Of a stretch of DNA of 64,000 nucleotides, positions 9,641-19,167 are shown in pieces. The DNA is from a virus. Under the pieces are notes generated by a model, which worked only from the letters and a program-made list of their open reading frames with translations, did not search any database and was not told the origin of the DNA. A program made the translations under genes and the position numbers. The stretch spans positions 1 through 64,000 of the IMG/VR virus record IMGVR_UViG_3300047457_000500; one strand, 5' to 3'. Positions within the stretch are counted from its first letter, which is position 1. The number at the start of each line of letters is the position of its first letter.

Positions 9641-10265
9641 TTTTTCCTCCGTTATATTGTTCTGCAAAACTAAAAATTTCTTCCTTAGAATATTCAGAAT
9701 CCTTAATACTTTTATCTTCTAAAACTATATGAAAAAATAACATCTTAACATACTCATCAGGATTCCAGTCTTTTTTCTTTCTCCAATGATAGTTCTTTGT
9801 TGTTAATATGCCTAAAGCATCGTTATTATTTAATGAGTATATGTCTTTATTTATTCCAATATCCCAACCTGTGTTGGCATCTAACTGATAATCTAAAATA
9901 AACTCTGATTCTCCCTCAGCATCTTTATGTGGGTTTAAAAAAGGAGATCCTCCATATTTTGGACTATACTCCACATATGTAACTCCTACGACATCTTTAA
10001 CAGAAACACCTATCTTATTACCAATCTCTATAGCAGATAGTTTTGCAGACATAATAACATCATCTGGCAGATTAAGCCTATCTATATCTAGCCTAGATAA
10101 CCCCTCTTTTTTAATGGCAATAAACTTTTTATCTTTTGGGTACTCATGACCCATTGCCGAATCATACCACTCCACGACTTCACGATTATCAAACTCTTTG
10201 TTTATACTGTCATATATTGCAGCAATTTGATTATCTGTAAATACATTAGACGCAATAGGTGTCAT
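9627..10265 (-). CDS. 2OG-Fe(II) oxygenase-like protein (paralogue 1)
   Basis: LNPHKD, LDYQL..N..W, YHWR; ATG lies 6 nt after a TATAAT. Confidence 0.65.
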   Translation of the reverse strand: MTPIASNVFTDNQIAAIYDSINKEFDNREVVEWYDSAMGHEYPKDKKFIAIKKEGLSRLDIDRLNLPDDVIMSAKLSAIEIGNKIGVSVKDVVGVTYVEYSPKYGGSPFLNPHKDAEGESEFILDYQLDANTGWDIGINKDIYSLNNNDALGILTTKNYHWRKKKDWNPDEYVKMLFFHIVLEDKSIKDSEYSKEEIFSFAEQYNGGKNETR

Positions 10266-10272
10266 ATATACA

Positions 10273-10557
10273 TTATACCTCATCAATCAAAGAGTCTAAT
10301 AAGTCAAGTTCTATAATAGCCAGACGTGTCTTTCTATTTCCTTCTCCCAAAACAACAACTATTGCTGGATCATTATTATTTTTGATAGCATCAGTGGTTG
10401 CCTTAGCCCAAACATCTTGGTTTAAGGTAAAAGACTTTTTATTTTCTTTAAAGTCTACTGTAAAATTCTTCCATGTGGCGTCTCCCTTTTTAATGCCACG
10501 TCCAGAATTTTTATGCTGTTTAGCACCTATTCTTTTGCTTTCGTTTTTTTCACTCAT
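10273..10557 (-). CDS. Hjc-type PD-(D/E)xK resolvase or nuclease
   Basis: SGRG..KGDA...VDFKE motif. Confidence 0.6.
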   Translation of the reverse strand: MSEKNESKRIGAKQHKNSGRGIKKGDATWKNFTVDFKENKKSFTLNQDVWAKATTDAIKNNNDPAIVVVLGEGNRKTRLAIIELDLLDSLIDEV

Positions 10558-10726
10558 GAATTTTCTTCTTTTTATATCCTACTTTAAAAAGTTCTGCTTC
10601 TGACAAATGTTTATCTGGACACATCCAAGAGGCCATGCCAGTAGCCTTATAAATTCTTATAGTCTTTACTTCTTTCTTACAAGTTTTACAAGGAAACTTT
10701 CCCTCATAAATAGAATATTTATCCAC
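10550..10726 (-). CDS. Small zinc-ribbon protein, 58 aa (not in ORF track)
   Basis: GTG start; MDKYSIYEGKFPCKTCKKEVKTIRIYKATGMASWMCPDKHLSEAELFKVGYKKKKIHE with CxxC...CxxxH; fills the gap. Confidence 0.7.
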   Translation of the reverse strand: MDKYSIYEGKFPCKTCKKEVKTIRIYKATGMASWMCPDKHLSEAELFKVGYKKKKIHE

Positions 10727-11732
10727 TAATCTTGCTCTTAATCATGTCTTGTAGATCAAGATCCTCTCTTACTCTATTAACGAAACCATCTCTTCCTTGA
10801 ACCTTAGATCCGTCTGGAAGAAGATACCATGCACCTGTACGCTCAACTATACCCATCAACTCAGCAGTGTCAACAAGATCAGCGATCCCATCAATGCCCA
10901 CAGTATCGCCTCTAAAATAGAAATCATATTCACCAGACTGAAAAGCAGGACTGGTTTTAGAAAACTGTAGGTCCCATCTAATCTTTCTACCAATTTTCTC
11001 TTCAATAGCCTTGTCGCCAACATATATTTTTCCCTTAAGTGCTTGATTTTCTGATTCTGATGAAAATAATTTAATTATGGTTGAAGAATAAAATTTTGTA
11101 GCCTGACCGCCAGTTGGTTGCTGACTAGTATACATTGCATTAATATTATTTCGTGATTGACTGATTAATAACAATAGCGTTGGCTTAATTTTATTATTTG
11201 CATAGTTAAGCATTTTCCATGCGTTGCTAAAGTCACGAGACTCAGCACCTATCTGTTTTGTATTTTCTAATTGCTTTAATTCTGTTGAATCTTTTTCAAA
11301 ATAAATAGCAGGAAGCAAAGAAGTTATAGAATCAACTACTATAATATCAACCCCAGCCTCTATTAAGTTAACTCCTATATCTACCATCTCATTAATAGTT
11401 CTTGCTTGTGACACAATTAACTTTGAAGTGTCAACCCCTAATTTCTCGGCCCACTCTTTGTCATATGACATTTCTGCATCAATCCAAGCACAAACCTTTC
11501 CTTCTTTTTGTGCAAGAGCGATTGTTTGTAAACATAGAGATGACTTTGCGCTTGACTTGCTTCCCCAAACTAAGACCTGTCTTCCATATGGTAGCCCCCC
11601 ATTTAAAGCACGGTTTAGTCCATAACTAGGTGTTGCAGCGTACTCTGTCTTTGGTACTTCATCTCCTACTAAAATACTTTTTCTTAGTTTAGGATTTAAT
11701 TGTGCTATTACATCTTCAATACTAACCGACAT
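10719..11732 (-). CDS. recA: RecA-like recombinase
   Basis: LNGGLPYGR, variant Walker A GSKSSAKS, WIDAE, IVVDS, PTGG.A.KFYSS, GAWY. Confidence 0.92.
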   Translation of the reverse strand: MSVSIEDVIAQLNPKLRKSILVGDEVPKTEYAATPSYGLNRALNGGLPYGRQVLVWGSKSSAKSSLCLQTIALAQKEGKVCAWIDAEMSYDKEWAEKLGVDTSKLIVSQARTINEMVDIGVNLIEAGVDIIVVDSITSLLPAIYFEKDSTELKQLENTKQIGAESRDFSNAWKMLNYANNKIKPTLLLLISQSRNNINAMYTSQQPTGGQATKFYSSTIIKLFSSESENQALKGKIYVGDKAIEEKIGRKIRWDLQFSKTSPAFQSGEYDFYFRGDTVGIDGIADLVDTAELMGIVERTGAWYLLPDGSKVQGRDGFVNRVREDLDLQDMIKSKISG

Positions 11733-14700
11733 TTACATCCTCCAATATAACGGTTCCATCTTTTGTTTTTCCAAACTCAAACTTATAAGCCTGTCCCTCT
11801 TCAATTTTCATGTATGCCTTAGCAAATGCTGTAGGGAATACTGTTACTGAATGTAACTCTCTAGAGGTATCTGCTAGAGTCAGAGAAGCCATCTTTTTCC
11901 CTGCCTTTGTTATCCTTGATTTAAAGGATACCACAAACAACTCATCATCTTTGTAAGGAAGCATTCTATAATTTAAAAACTTAACTAATGCTGCATCTGA
12001 ATTTTTTATCTCATCAACTGGAACCGCACTTACAATTCTATTATCATTACATAATACTAAATAACTTCTTCCTGCCTCTATCGTAGTTTGCTCTTCATCA
12101 AAAATACCGATGCTTCCAGTTTTATCTAATATCTCAACACGAGACCATCCTTTTCCTCTCTTTATTCCTTTAACCATGCCCATAAGAATGAAGGATCCTT
12201 TTTCTTCAAAATCTTCTACTGGATTGATAAACGCATGGTAGTGGGAAGGAACTGTTTGAGTAAACTCTGGTAAGCCTAAATACTCATATAGATTTTCACG
12301 AAGTTCTTCATCATTTCTTGGATTATCTGGAAATGTGGCAGCACCAATTATTCGTAATGCCTCTAATGCTCTGCTGTTGACTCCATTACCTTTCGTAAAT
12401 GTAAAGGTTTTAACTTCTTCGAAAGACTTAAAAGGTCGTGCCGATATATATCGTTCTGCAATCTTATCAGAGATAAACTTGATCCCCGACAGTCCAAACC
12501 GAATACCCTTACCCTCAATTTTAAAATCGATATCCGAATCGTTAATATGAGGTAGTTTAATGCTAATCCCCATTCTTTTCGCTTCAATAAGATATTCAGT
12601 TCTCGCATCTTTATCCCTTTCGTTTTTTAATAGAGAATACATAAACTCAATTGGGTAATAATATTTTAACCACGCCGTCCAATACGAGAGTGTAGAGTAA
12701 GCAACCGCATGAGACTTGTTGAACGAATAACCCGCATGCGCCTCAAAGTCATGCCATAAATCACGAGCCTGATTAGGATTAATAAACTTAGAGGCACCAT
12801 CAACAAACTTATCACGAAAAACATCAAACTCCCTAGCATCTTTCTTTTTACCAATGATCTTTCGAACCTTATCAGCCTCAGACCATGACATACCACCAAG
12901 TTCTACGCATGCCTGCATAACCTGCTCTTGGTATAGGATACACCCATATGTTTCTTCTGTGAAAGGCTTCATGGTTTGATGCAAGTAATTTACAGCCTGC
13001 CTTCCATGCTTTCTTTCAATATAGTCTTTACCAATAGTATTCATTGCTCCTGGTCTTACCAAGGCGTTGGAGGCTGACAACTCTGCTAGATTTTTTACTC
13101 CCATTTTAACTAGAAGGTTTGTATAAGGCGTTGCTTCACACTGGAACACACCCTTGGTATAACCCTCTGAAAGCATTTGATAAACCTTTTGATCATCCAT
13201 ATCGATGTCTAAAAGATTAATATCTATACCCTCTCTTTCTTTAATAATTTTTATAGTGTCATTAATAACACTTAATGTTTTAAGTCCAAGGGCGTCGATC
13301 TTGATGAGTCCGATCTTTTCAGCCTCTTCCATGTCAACCGCCACAACAGGAATACGCTCATCGGAGCCAGGAGAATTACGTGTCTCCAACGGTGCGTACC
13401 TAAAAATAGGATTTTTGCTAGTGACAACACCAGCAGCGTGTATGCCAGTACCTCTAATACGACCACGAAGTTGTTCTCCATATTCTTCCACCTCTGGATA
13501 TTTTTCTCTAAACCATGCTGTTGTTTTTGAAGTACAATACTCATCCCAAGTATCTACTAACTTTAAAACTTTATTAACATCAACCAATGGGATATTTAGT
13601 GCACGGGCTACATCTCGCACCACTCCCTTATCCTTGAATTCTAAAAATGTTGCAATAGATGCTACATGCTTATACTGTCTTACAAGATAGTCCTTTACTT
13701 CATCACGACGAGAGTCCTGAATATCTGTATCAATATCTGGAAAGTCATTACGCTCAGGATTAATAAAGCGGAAGAACAGCAACCCATGTTTAATTGGATC
13801 GATATCAGTAATACCTAGGGCATAGCATAACAATGATCCTGCGGAAGATCCACGACCTGGACCAACCATGATGCCTTCCTTTTTAGCCCATGAGATCATA
13901 CTTTGTACAACAAGGAAGTAAGGACCAAACTTTTTATCCTTAATAACCTGTAACTCTTCCTGAAGTCTATCTATATACTCTTTGTTATTACTTAAACCTT
14001 TTTCAGTCAAGCCAGCCATAGCAAGATCTTCTAATTGTTTATCTGGGTTCTTATATTGAACTGGCAATAAGTTAAGCCCATCCTGTATGTCGTAGTCTTC
14101 AATCTTATTTGCAAGTTCAATTGTATTTTCATATATGTCAGTTCTCCAAATTGCCTGTTTCTCCATCGCAGCCTGAATCTCTTCATATGAAAGTAAATGA
14201 ATATCAAACTTATTAAATGACATCTGTCTATCTGCACCATACAAATAGTCAAGACGTTTCATCAAGTCACCCTGCTTTTTAGACTTTTCGTATGTGGCAT
14301 CTTTCTGAATCTTATTTGAGTATGTATTTAGGATAAGTTTTAATTCTTGAATTTCTTTTTGTGATGGGTCTACATGGTGACAGTCTGGTGTAACTATTGG
14401 CTTAACATTAAACTCATCAGCCAACAATAATATATTTCTATTAATTGACTCATCATTATGTGGCATTACTTCAAGATAATAATCATCGCCGAACTGCTCT
14501 TTAAACCATTTAATATATTTTTTTGCCATGCCAAGTTCTCCAAGTTCAATTGATTTTGCAATGATTCCACTTGGACATGCAGAAGAAACAATAATTCCTT
14601 CTTTATACTTTGCAAGGATTTCAAAATCTATTCTTGGCTTTTTATAATAGCCTTCTGTCCATGCAATTTCGTTTAACTTGTTTAGATTTTCTAAGCCAAC

Positions 14701-15000
14701 TTTATTCTTGGCTAGAAGGATAATGTGGTTATACACCATGTCTAAAGGTGTAGTTCGATCTTCTTTGTCTCTTCTGTCAAAGCGATCTTCACACATGTAC
14801 CCTTCTATGCCAAGAATAGGCTTGATACCACTTGCCTTAGCAACACGATACATTTCTCTATGGCCAGAAAGGGAGCCATGGTCTGTAATTGATATTGCTG
14901 GCATACCCAGTTTTTTAGCACGTTCTACATATTCAGACGGCAACCCAATTCCGTCGAATAGTGAAAAGTGGGTATGTAAATGTAGTGGTACGTAATTCAT
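11722..15000 (-). CDS. dnaE: DNA polymerase III alpha subunit
   Basis: PHP motifs HLHTHFS and TDHG, GPGRGS, PDIDTD, HAAG, KIDALGL, GVFQ, YSFNKSHA. Confidence 0.97.
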   Translation of the reverse strand: MNYVPLHLHTHFSLFDGIGLPSEYVERAKKLGMPAISITDHGSLSGHREMYRVAKASGIKPILGIEGYMCEDRFDRRDKEDRTTPLDMVYNHIILLAKNKVGLENLNKLNEIAWTEGYYKKPRIDFEILAKYKEGIIVSSACPSGIIAKSIELGELGMAKKYIKWFKEQFGDDYYLEVMPHNDESINRNILLLADEFNVKPIVTPDCHHVDPSQKEIQELKLILNTYSNKIQKDATYEKSKKQGDLMKRLDYLYGADRQMSFNKFDIHLLSYEEIQAAMEKQAIWRTDIYENTIELANKIEDYDIQDGLNLLPVQYKNPDKQLEDLAMAGLTEKGLSNNKEYIDRLQEELQVIKDKKFGPYFLVVQSMISWAKKEGIMVGPGRGSSAGSLLCYALGITDIDPIKHGLLFFRFINPERNDFPDIDTDIQDSRRDEVKDYLVRQYKHVASIATFLEFKDKGVVRDVARALNIPLVDVNKVLKLVDTWDEYCTSKTTAWFREKYPEVEEYGEQLRGRIRGTGIHAAGVVTSKNPIFRYAPLETRNSPGSDERIPVVAVDMEEAEKIGLIKIDALGLKTLSVINDTIKIIKEREGIDINLLDIDMDDQKVYQMLSEGYTKGVFQCEATPYTNLLVKMGVKNLAELSASNALVRPGAMNTIGKDYIERKHGRQAVNYLHQTMKPFTEETYGCILYQEQVMQACVELGGMSWSEADKVRKIIGKKKDAREFDVFRDKFVDGASKFINPNQARDLWHDFEAHAGYSFNKSHAVAYSTLSYWTAWLKYYYPIEFMYSLLKNERDKDARTEYLIEAKRMGISIKLPHINDSDIDFKIEGKGIRFGLSGIKFISDKIAERYISARPFKSFEEVKTFTFTKGNGVNSRALEALRIIGAATFPDNPRNDEELRENLYEYLGLPEFTQTVPSHYHAFINPVEDFEEKGSFILMGMVKGIKRGKGWSRVEILDKTGSIGIFDEEQTTIEAGRSYLVLCNDNRIVSAVPVDEIKNSDAALVKFLNYRMLPYKDDELFVVSFKSRITKAGKKMASLTLADTSRELHSVTVFPTAFAKAYMKIEEGQAYKFEFGKTKDGTVILEDVNVG

Positions 15001-15003
15001 CTG

Positions 15004-15666
15004 CTACCAGTCGATGTTTGTCGCTGAGGTAGAAGATGGCGAATCAAAGCCTAGGTAGAATGCTTCTTGCTCCGCATATGGAACACGACGCAATGCTTTC
15101 TCTAGTGGGTATGGTTCGACGTCATCCCAATTGAAAGGCTCCTTATCTGGAGCGGAAGGAATTAAAGTATAAGATGTTTCAGTACCCTGACCATTACGCT
15201 TTAACTTCCATGTTAGATTTGAAATACTGCCAGTCTCTAAGGCGTATTCACGAATAATGTTAAATGAAGATTGCTTGCTTACGCCCATTGACCAGATAGC
15301 GACGTATGGCTTGTCTTCAATTCCATCATCAACAAGGACATTGCAGTAGAAGCGCAAACGGCCACGCCATCCGCTATTACCCTTTGGATCCTTGCGATAC
15401 ATTTCTTCGGCCCAGTCACGACCTTCTGTATCCATTGTGTCTACAGCCTTGCGCTTATAGTCCTTTGGATTTGTATGTTCCTTTACAACAAGCGCTAGTC
15501 CACGCTTATCGTTATAGTTTGCTGAATCCTCATCCAACTCTTCAATGAATCGAATCTTAACTGCCTGTCCATCAGCCAACTTAAGCCAACGAACCTTTGG
15601 ACCAGCCTCGTCTGTTTTCTTATCGAGCAGGGCATTAATGTTTTTGAGTCCCTTAATAACGCTCAT
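15004..15666 (-). CDS. Phage single-stranded DNA-binding protein (gp32-like)
   Basis: Located beside the polymerase; WLKLADGQ..KIRF, KLKRNGQGTETSY, Ser/Thr tail ending IDW. Confidence 0.6.
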   Translation of the reverse strand: MSVIKGLKNINALLDKKTDEAGPKVRWLKLADGQAVKIRFIEELDEDSANYNDKRGLALVVKEHTNPKDYKRKAVDTMDTEGRDWAEEMYRKDPKGNSGWRGRLRFYCNVLVDDGIEDKPYVAIWSMGVSKQSSFNIIREYALETGSISNLTWKLKRNGQGTETSYTLIPSAPDKEPFNWDDVEPYPLEKALRRVPYAEQEAFYLGFDSPSSTSATNIDW

Positions 15667-15714
15667 AGTTTTTCTCCTTTGTTTTTTATATTATATACTA
15701 GCAAATTATGTTTG

Positions 15715-17166
15715 TCAAGTCGTTGAGTTATATTTATTAAAATATTCTTCTATCTCTATTCCTTTAAACTCTTTTGCCTCTTTATACAGTTTATCATATG
15801 CCTCTTTTGTTTGCAAGTTAGAAACTGCATTGTTTTTATTAAATTGTCCTGTGCCAACATAAGTAGTCATCCATGACTGATATCCAAATGTTTTATTATT
15901 ATTGTTAATAACAAAATTAGATATATAATCATTATCTAATTCAGCCAGCACTTTTTGGGCGTACTCTGGAACAACATTTTTTTGTTTAAAGTTTTTCCAG
16001 AAATCTGTATCGTCTCGATCTGTTAAATAATGTGTATATATAAACCCTAGCAATTCTTCATTTTTTTCTAATACTTTATTATTGTATTTTTCTAATACAG
16101 AATAATCTTTTTCAGTTATAAATTTATGCAAAAATTCATCAGATATAAAAAGACTCATCATATAAATAGTTAACATAATTGATGTTGCATGTAAAGGCTC
16201 AAAAAATCCAGAAGCAAGCCCTACAGATAAACAATTTTTAGACCAGGGCTGCTTGTAGTATCCTGGATTAAAATCAAAATGATTTACTATTTTTACATCT
16301 TCTTTTTTAAATAAATCATATATTTCTTGTTCTGCCTGCTCTTTATTTATGTATGATGGATCATAAACATATCCACAGCCATATCTATGTTTCAGTGGTG
16401 TCTTCCATACCCATCCGTACTTCATTGCAATTATTTCTGTACATAAAAAATAATTTTCATCTTGTGGCAAAAAGAATGCTAGGGCCTTAGTGCATGGCAA
16501 ACTTTTAGATGTGTCTACCCACTCTGCCTGTAAATGTTTTCCAACAACTAGATTTTTAAAACCTGTTGCATCTATTACAAAATTACAATCATAGTTTCCT
16601 TTTTCTGTATACACAACGCTAATGTTGCCTTCAAACTCTCCAAAATGTGTAAAGACATCATCAATAATTTTTATACCACGCAACTCAGAATGCTTTCTAA
16701 AAAACTCAGCAAGTTTAATTGCATCTAGATGCCAACCAATATAAGGCCATGAAAGTGTGTTGGTTAATGTTGCAGATAAACCTTTGTTTATATCATCAAG
16801 GTTTTTGCTATTTGACATTAATTCTATAGATGCAAGTTTAAACTGCTCTAACGCTAAGTTTCTATCTGTATCACTATCCGATATGTAGTTTGTTAGTGGA
16901 TGAAAATATGATTTGTTACTTTTAGACCAACCAGTAAATCTTATTCCATTTTTTAATGTTGCACCAGTATGTTCTATAAATTCATTTAATGGTAATTCTA
17001 ACTCATCAAAAATATAACCAAAGTTAGAAGTTGTCCCCTCTCCAGCACCTAATACCCCTATCTTAGAACTATCTATTATAGTAATATCAGAATTTTTATA
17101 TTTATGCTTAATAGTAAGTGCTGCTAAATATCCAGCAGTGCCTCCACCTATTACAACTATCTTCAT
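15715..17166 (-). CDS. Flavin-dependent halogenase (tryptophan halogenase family)
   Basis: MKIVVIGGGTAG FAD motif, GAGEGT, ATLKNGIRFTGW (PrnA K79-equivalent Lys), IDATGF, GWVWKTP (WxWxIP variant), GFFEPLHAT. Confidence 0.88.
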   Translation of the reverse strand: MKIVVIGGGTAGYLAALTIKHKYKNSDITIIDSSKIGVLGAGEGTTSNFGYIFDELELPLNEFIEHTGATLKNGIRFTGWSKSNKSYFHPLTNYISDSDTDRNLALEQFKLASIELMSNSKNLDDINKGLSATLTNTLSWPYIGWHLDAIKLAEFFRKHSELRGIKIIDDVFTHFGEFEGNISVVYTEKGNYDCNFVIDATGFKNLVVGKHLQAEWVDTSKSLPCTKALAFFLPQDENYFLCTEIIAMKYGWVWKTPLKHRYGCGYVYDPSYINKEQAEQEIYDLFKKEDVKIVNHFDFNPGYYKQPWSKNCLSVGLASGFFEPLHATSIMLTIYMMSLFISDEFLHKFITEKDYSVLEKYNNKVLEKNEELLGFIYTHYLTDRDDTDFWKNFKQKNVVPEYAQKVLAELDNDYISNFVINNNNKTFGYQSWMTTYVGTGQFNKNNAVSNLQTKEAYDKLYKEAKEFKGIEIEEYFNKYNSTT

Positions 17167-17471
17167 AAAACCAATCCAAAATGTTTTAGTATTGCCAAAG
17201 ATGCCAAACATGTCCAACCTATATTAAACAATATTACGGTAGGTAATGTCTTAACAGTAGAGGACCATATTAATAATAAACTTGAAAGTAGCGCAAAAAT
17301 ATATAACCACCACCATTGTTGTCCCAATAACAATCCTGGGAAAATAATAACTAATTTTGTCATGAATGCAAAAAACTCAACACGATTTGCTTTATTCCAA
17401 TAAGATCTACTTTTCATAGTTGCTAGTGCTATAAGCCAAGCAGGTTTATTATTTCCCACGATCATACCCAA
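17163..17471 (-). CDS. Small multi-pass membrane protein
   Basis: About three hydrophobic segments; ATGA overlap with the halogenase start; own start uncertain. Confidence 0.65.
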   Translation of the reverse strand: MGMIVGNNKPAWLIALATMKSRSYWNKANRVEFFAFMTKLVIIFPGLLLGQQWWWLYIFALLSSLLLIWSSTVKTLPTVILFNIGWTCLASLAILKHFGLVL

Positions 17472-17967
17472 ACATATTGATATCTTCTGCTGAAGGTAAC
17501 CAAGTATGAATATTTTCTTCTATTCCGTGCCCCTCAACAAGTCTATTGAACATATTAAATGCAGCACATATAGCAATTGCATCCTTTAGTTCATCCTCAG
17601 AATAACCTCCATTGTAAACCTTCTTAACATCTTCCTCTGTTAATTCTGATGGAGTTAATGTAAGTTTTTTAACATAATCTAAAATTGGTGCTATTTTTAT
17701 ATCAGAATAATTTTGATTAATAATTTTATCAAGTTCTAATTCATCGGCACCTACAGATATGGCAAATACTCTATGAGACCCAGTACAAAACTTACACTTA
17801 TTCAAACTAGATGTGAATGCTGCAATTGTTTCTCTTTCTGGCACACTTAAAAATGAATCTTTTCTTAAGATATTTTGTGCAAAAGAAAGTAACATCATGT
17901 ATCTTTCTGGGTTTTGCATAAAAATATTTACTATTGTGCTACCGCTTGGTATTGAATTTAATAACAT
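17449..17967 (-). CDS. AhpD/carboxymuconolactone-decarboxylase-family peroxidase-related protein
   Basis: ERETIAAFTS..NKCKFCTGSH (CxxC..H) and FNMFNRLVEG. Confidence 0.8.
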   Translation of the reverse strand: MLLNSIPSGSTIVNIFMQNPERYMMLLSFAQNILRKDSFLSVPERETIAAFTSSLNKCKFCTGSHRVFAISVGADELELDKIINQNYSDIKIAPILDYVKKLTLTPSELTEEDVKKVYNGGYSEDELKDAIAICAAFNMFNRLVEGHGIEENIHTWLPSAEDINMFGYDRGK

Positions 17968-17969
17968 TT

Positions 17970-18914
17970 TTATTTTAAAAGAGAAAGAATAGACTTATCA
18001 AAATCATGATTTAATTTCATTATCTCCTCATTCTCCATTTCTCCTATATCTTTATATTTAGAGTCTATATTAATTACAGAAACACCTGAGCCAAACCTTT
18101 TAATAAGCCTGTCTTTCATATTTTCTCCAGCCTCGTCATTGTCTGCAATAACAATTATATCAGAAAAATATTTTTCAAGTAGGTCTAACTGCTTAGTAGA
18201 TACATTAGCACCTAAAGTTGCTACTGCTGGAAACCCTACCTGATCTAATCTTATTGCATCAAAAGAAGATTCAACCACATAAACTTTAGAAGCCGTCTTT
18301 ACTCTATTTAAATTAAACAATAATTTTGACTTAGGAAGTTTTGGAGTATTTTTAAAATCTTTTCCCTCTACAGATCTTGCAACAAATCCAACGCACAAGC
18401 CCTCGTGGTTATGTACTGGTATAGAAATCATATCCTGATTTTCAGAATATCCTAGTTTAAACTTAGATATAGATTGTTCTGCTATTTTTCTTTTAGCAAA
18501 ATATGCTTTTGCTCTATCAGACTTGAGTGCTTGATTATTTAGTCTGTCGATTACTAACAAATCAAAGCCTTCCCACTCTTCTTTTTCTATTAACTTAGAA
18601 TTAATTTCGGAAAGTATGTCTACTTCAACTTCTTTACTTTTAATAAATCTAACAGACTCAAAGTATGTTCTATTAGAAAAGTGCATAACCAATTCTATAA
18701 GATCTGCAGTTTTTCCACAAGAAAAACAAAAAAATAATCCAGTGTATTTATTTATTTCTCCAGCAGGGGTTCGGTGATTAGAATGAAATGGACAAAATAC
18801 AATATACTCAGACTCTGATTCTTTTTCTACAGTTACGCCAGATCCTGAGAGTACTCTTTTAACCTGGCTGGCTGTGTATATATTGGCTTGATTCCGTCTA
18901 TCCCTAGTATCCAT
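17970..18914 (-). CDS. dnaG: DNA primase (CHC2 zinc finger plus TOPRIM)
   Basis: CPFH...FFCFSC, VVESSFDA, ADNDEAG. Confidence 0.9.
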   Translation of the reverse strand: MDTRDRRNQANIYTASQVKRVLSGSGVTVEKESESEYIVFCPFHSNHRTPAGEINKYTGLFFCFSCGKTADLIELVMHFSNRTYFESVRFIKSKEVEVDILSEINSKLIEKEEWEGFDLLVIDRLNNQALKSDRAKAYFAKRKIAEQSISKFKLGYSENQDMISIPVHNHEGLCVGFVARSVEGKDFKNTPKLPKSKLLFNLNRVKTASKVYVVESSFDAIRLDQVGFPAVATLGANVSTKQLDLLEKYFSDIIVIADNDEAGENMKDRLIKRFGSGVSVINIDSKYKDIGEMENEEIMKLNHDFDKSILSLLK

Positions 18915-19159
18915 TCTACCTTTTTTCTCCCTACATATATTCCATAAATGCTTAATTTAAATTCAAAGTAATTTTTTTCTTCATTATATTTAATTGTAAA
19001 TTGTGGATCAATATCAAACCTGGGCGCATGGCCAGATGAACGCATCTCAGAAACAAGAAGCCTAATGTACTCTTGCTGTAACCTGTATATGGCAGAGTCA
19101 TCGTTGATAACTCCATCCAAACCAAACCTTTTTATCGGCTTGTGCTGATATAACTCCAT
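18833..19159 (-). CDS. Hypothetical protein
   Basis: 108-aa ORF between helicase and primase; ATG 7 nt after TATAAT. Confidence 0.65.
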   Translation of the reverse strand: MELYQHKPIKRFGLDGVINDDSAIYRLQQEYIRLLVSEMRSSGHAPRFDIDPQFTIKYNEEKNYFEFKLSIYGIYVGRKKVEWILGIDGIKPIYTQPARLKEYSQDLA

Positions 19160-19167
19160 GTGACATA

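Noticed and set aside
11722-15000. Intein or intron in dnaE (also checked terL, dnaB, recA, nrdJ)
   Set aside because: Lengths are ordinary, motifs are contiguous, and no intein splice-junction or LAGLIDADG motifs were seen.
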